The position numbers and the translations under genes were made by a program. The notes under the pieces are model-generated. The model did no database searches and was not told where the DNA came from. It worked only from the letters and a program-made list of their open reading frames with translations. A stretch of 64,000 nucleotides of DNA, taken from the NCBI RefSeq assembly GCF_006345805.1, contig NC_043005.1:64728001-64792000 (forward strand), in the 5' to 3' direction. Each line of letters starts with the position of its first letter. Position 1 is the stretch's first letter. Source of the stretch: Octopus sinensis. Its lineage: Eukaryota. This document shows positions 61,781 through 64,000 of this stretch, in pieces.

Positions 61781-62569
61781 CATTATTTGATGATATTTCA
61801 TTGTATATGTATGTGTGATCACATGTATGAGTACATTTCTACTACTCTTTGATGCTATTCTTGCACGTGCTAACACATGTGTGCATGTGTGTGTGTGTTT
61901 AAGAAGTTCAGTTCAGAACCACATGGTTCAGGGCTCAGTCTCACCACATGGACACTGTTGTTGACTTGTCTTCTAATGGAGCCCCAAGTTAACCAATACT
62001 TTGTGAATTAAATTGGTAGACAGTAAACGAAGAAACCCATTGCATGCGTGTGTGTGTGTGTGTGTGTGTGTGCGCGTGTGTGTGTGTGTGTGTCTGTGTG
62101 TGTGTCTGTGTGTCTGTGTGTCTGTGTGTCTGTGTATTTCTGCAATTCTTTGATTTGACACAGTAGAGGGTTTTGTGCAGATATCACCAAGCATTTGCAT
62201 ATTATTCGTAAATGCTAGTTGTGACATGTTTAGAACTTGCCCAATAAATAGAAGAAATGTGACATAAAGAGATTTAGTTTTAGTTTAAGCAAAATTTTAA
62301 AGCCAATTATTTATCAAGAGAAAGTTCAGGTCATGTATGGGATTTCACACAAATGTGTTGGTATTTAAGTTAGATGTTTTCCAAAGCAGCACTGTCTACA
62401 TCGACTAGTTTCACATGAATGATAAAATATTAATAAGTTGTTGTCAAATGGAATGTTTTCATCTTTTAAAAGCAGAGCCACATGTGACAGGTTTTCCATT
62501 ATGAATTTTAACAGCTATAATGTTAATATTTTAATGTATGTAAGCTATGAATGTATCAATGCCTTAGTT

Positions 62570-64000
62570 CGTAGCTTCCCAAAGTGGGCAATATTGCCCA
62601 CCAGTGGGCAATTTCAACTAACAGGTGGGTAATGGGTGAATTTCTAGAAAATGGTGGGTAATTTGAGATTTTGGTGGGTGATGTGAACATTTTGTGGGTG
62701 ACAATTTTTTTTTTTTTTTACATAATTGTATGAAGTCCTGCATGCAGAATACAAATTCGCAAAAATTTTCTGAAAACTCCGAAAAATAAGAGTTATGAGG
62801 GGTTATATGTAGTGCATAATTCTACAGCTTCATATCAAAACACAAGTGCTATTTTCAGGATGCTAACACGAAATGACACCTTTGAAATTGTGTTTCTTTT
62901 CAAAAAGAAAACAACTTTTTAAAAACATTTTTCTGAAAAAAGTTGAATGAACTTTAATTCTTGAAATGCTGGCAGCCAAACAAACTAGACCTGTATTTGC
63001 TCCAGTAAAGACGTGCCATCTGATTCTGCTCTGTTGACTTCTTCTTCTCTTTGGGAATACCATACCGCCTTTCTGACACTGTTCATAGAAATTCATTTTC
63101 ACATTTTCACTTTACTGATGCCTCCAGTCAAGGAAATTTATCAACAGTAGGTGCAGGAGTGGCTGTGTGGTAAGTAGCTTGTTTACCAACCACATGGTTC
63201 TGGGATCAGTCCCACTGCGGGGCACCTTGGGCAAGTGTCTTCTACTATAGCCTCGGGCCAACCAAAGCCTTGTGAGTGGATTTGGTAGATGGAAACTGAA
63301 AGAAGCCCATCATATATATGTATATATATATATGCATGTGTGTCTTTGTGTGTCTGTGTTTGTCCCCCTAGCATTGCTTGACAACTGATGCTGGTGTGTT
63401 TATGTCTCTGTTACTTAGCAGTTCGGCAAAAGAGACCGATAGAATAAGTACTGGGCTAACAAAAGAATAAGTCCCGGGGTCAAGTTGCTTGATTAAAGGC
63501 GGTGCTCCAGCATGGCCACAGTCAAATGACTGAAACAAGTAAAAGGGAGAGTAAAGAGAGTACAGTAGGGATTATTTATCATTTGGATTTATTTCCTCTC
63601 CTCAGAACTGTCAGTTACCAAAGTGCCTTCTTTACCATCAAACATAGACCAGCAAAGTAATGAAACCTTCACACTTGAAGTATCACTTTGATGCAAAGCA
63701 TTCTGAGTAGAAGGAAAAGCCATTATCATACTTTTTGCAACGGAGTGCCTCTTTCAAAAGAAAACACAAACATTCAGCACACTACTTCAGAAAACTAGTA
63801 AGCAGGAGAATGATGGGTTGATTGCATCGTACAACATTGCATGGCTTGTTGCTAAGTCTGGGAAGTCTCACACAATTGACTTCGACCATGTTGAAGGGGT
63901 TTTGTCAACCATTATGCACGAAAAACCTGATGATATTGAGAAATCATGTTGTTACTAAGTGGACGATCTTCTGATCCCACAACACGATTTCTCGATGCAT
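62570..64000 (+). mobile_element. hAT (Buster/ZBED5-like) transposon 5' part, interrupted by a SINE
   Basis: TIR-like CTTCCCAAAGTGGGC with GGTGGG subterminal repeats; YSRDYLSFGF..MKPSHLKYHFDAKH..LIASYNIAWLVAKSGKSHTI. Confidence 0.75.
63147..63563 (+). mobile_element. SINE family A nested in hAT transposase
   Basis: Full length; ACAGTAGG on both sides. Confidence 0.9.

Noticed and set aside
62410-62515. Candidate upstream dynein exon LLKFIMENLSHVALLLKDENIPFDNN
   Set aside because: No convincing similarity to the expected segment and no good donor in phase.
62863-63102. Minus-strand ORF as a host gene
   Set aside because: Lies inside the 5' region of a plus-strand hAT element; no recognisable domain or splice structure.

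Overview
AT-rich eukaryotic genomic DNA, very probably from an octopus (coleoid cephalopod), judged from the tRNA-derived SINE families, RTE 3' ends and microsatellite load. The window lies entirely inside one large minus-strand gene, an axonemal outer-arm dynein heavy chain (DNAH5/DNAH8-like). Ten GT-AG coding exons (57317-57409 down to 2437-2517) splice in phase into a stop-free 587-codon stretch of the N-terminal tail; start and stop lie outside the window. The other ~97% is intron filled with four SINE families, RTE and CR1/L2-type LINE fragments, Penelope-like elements (PLEs), a gypsy integrase remnant, DNA-transposon relics (Merlin, Tc1/mariner, hAT, Sola2-like, piggyBac-like MITEs), non-autonomous Helitrons and microsatellites. 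Three observations stand out. (1) All three copies of one Helitron family sit 30-47 nt upstream of a dynein splice acceptor, in the same orientation. (2) Five type I hammerhead-ribozyme-like folds occur in probable PLE remnants, one with an intact core. (3) A PLE insertion captured a copy of a dynein 3' splice site, creating a chimeric cryptic exon. Transposon family names come from recalled motifs, not database searches, and repeat boundaries are approximate.
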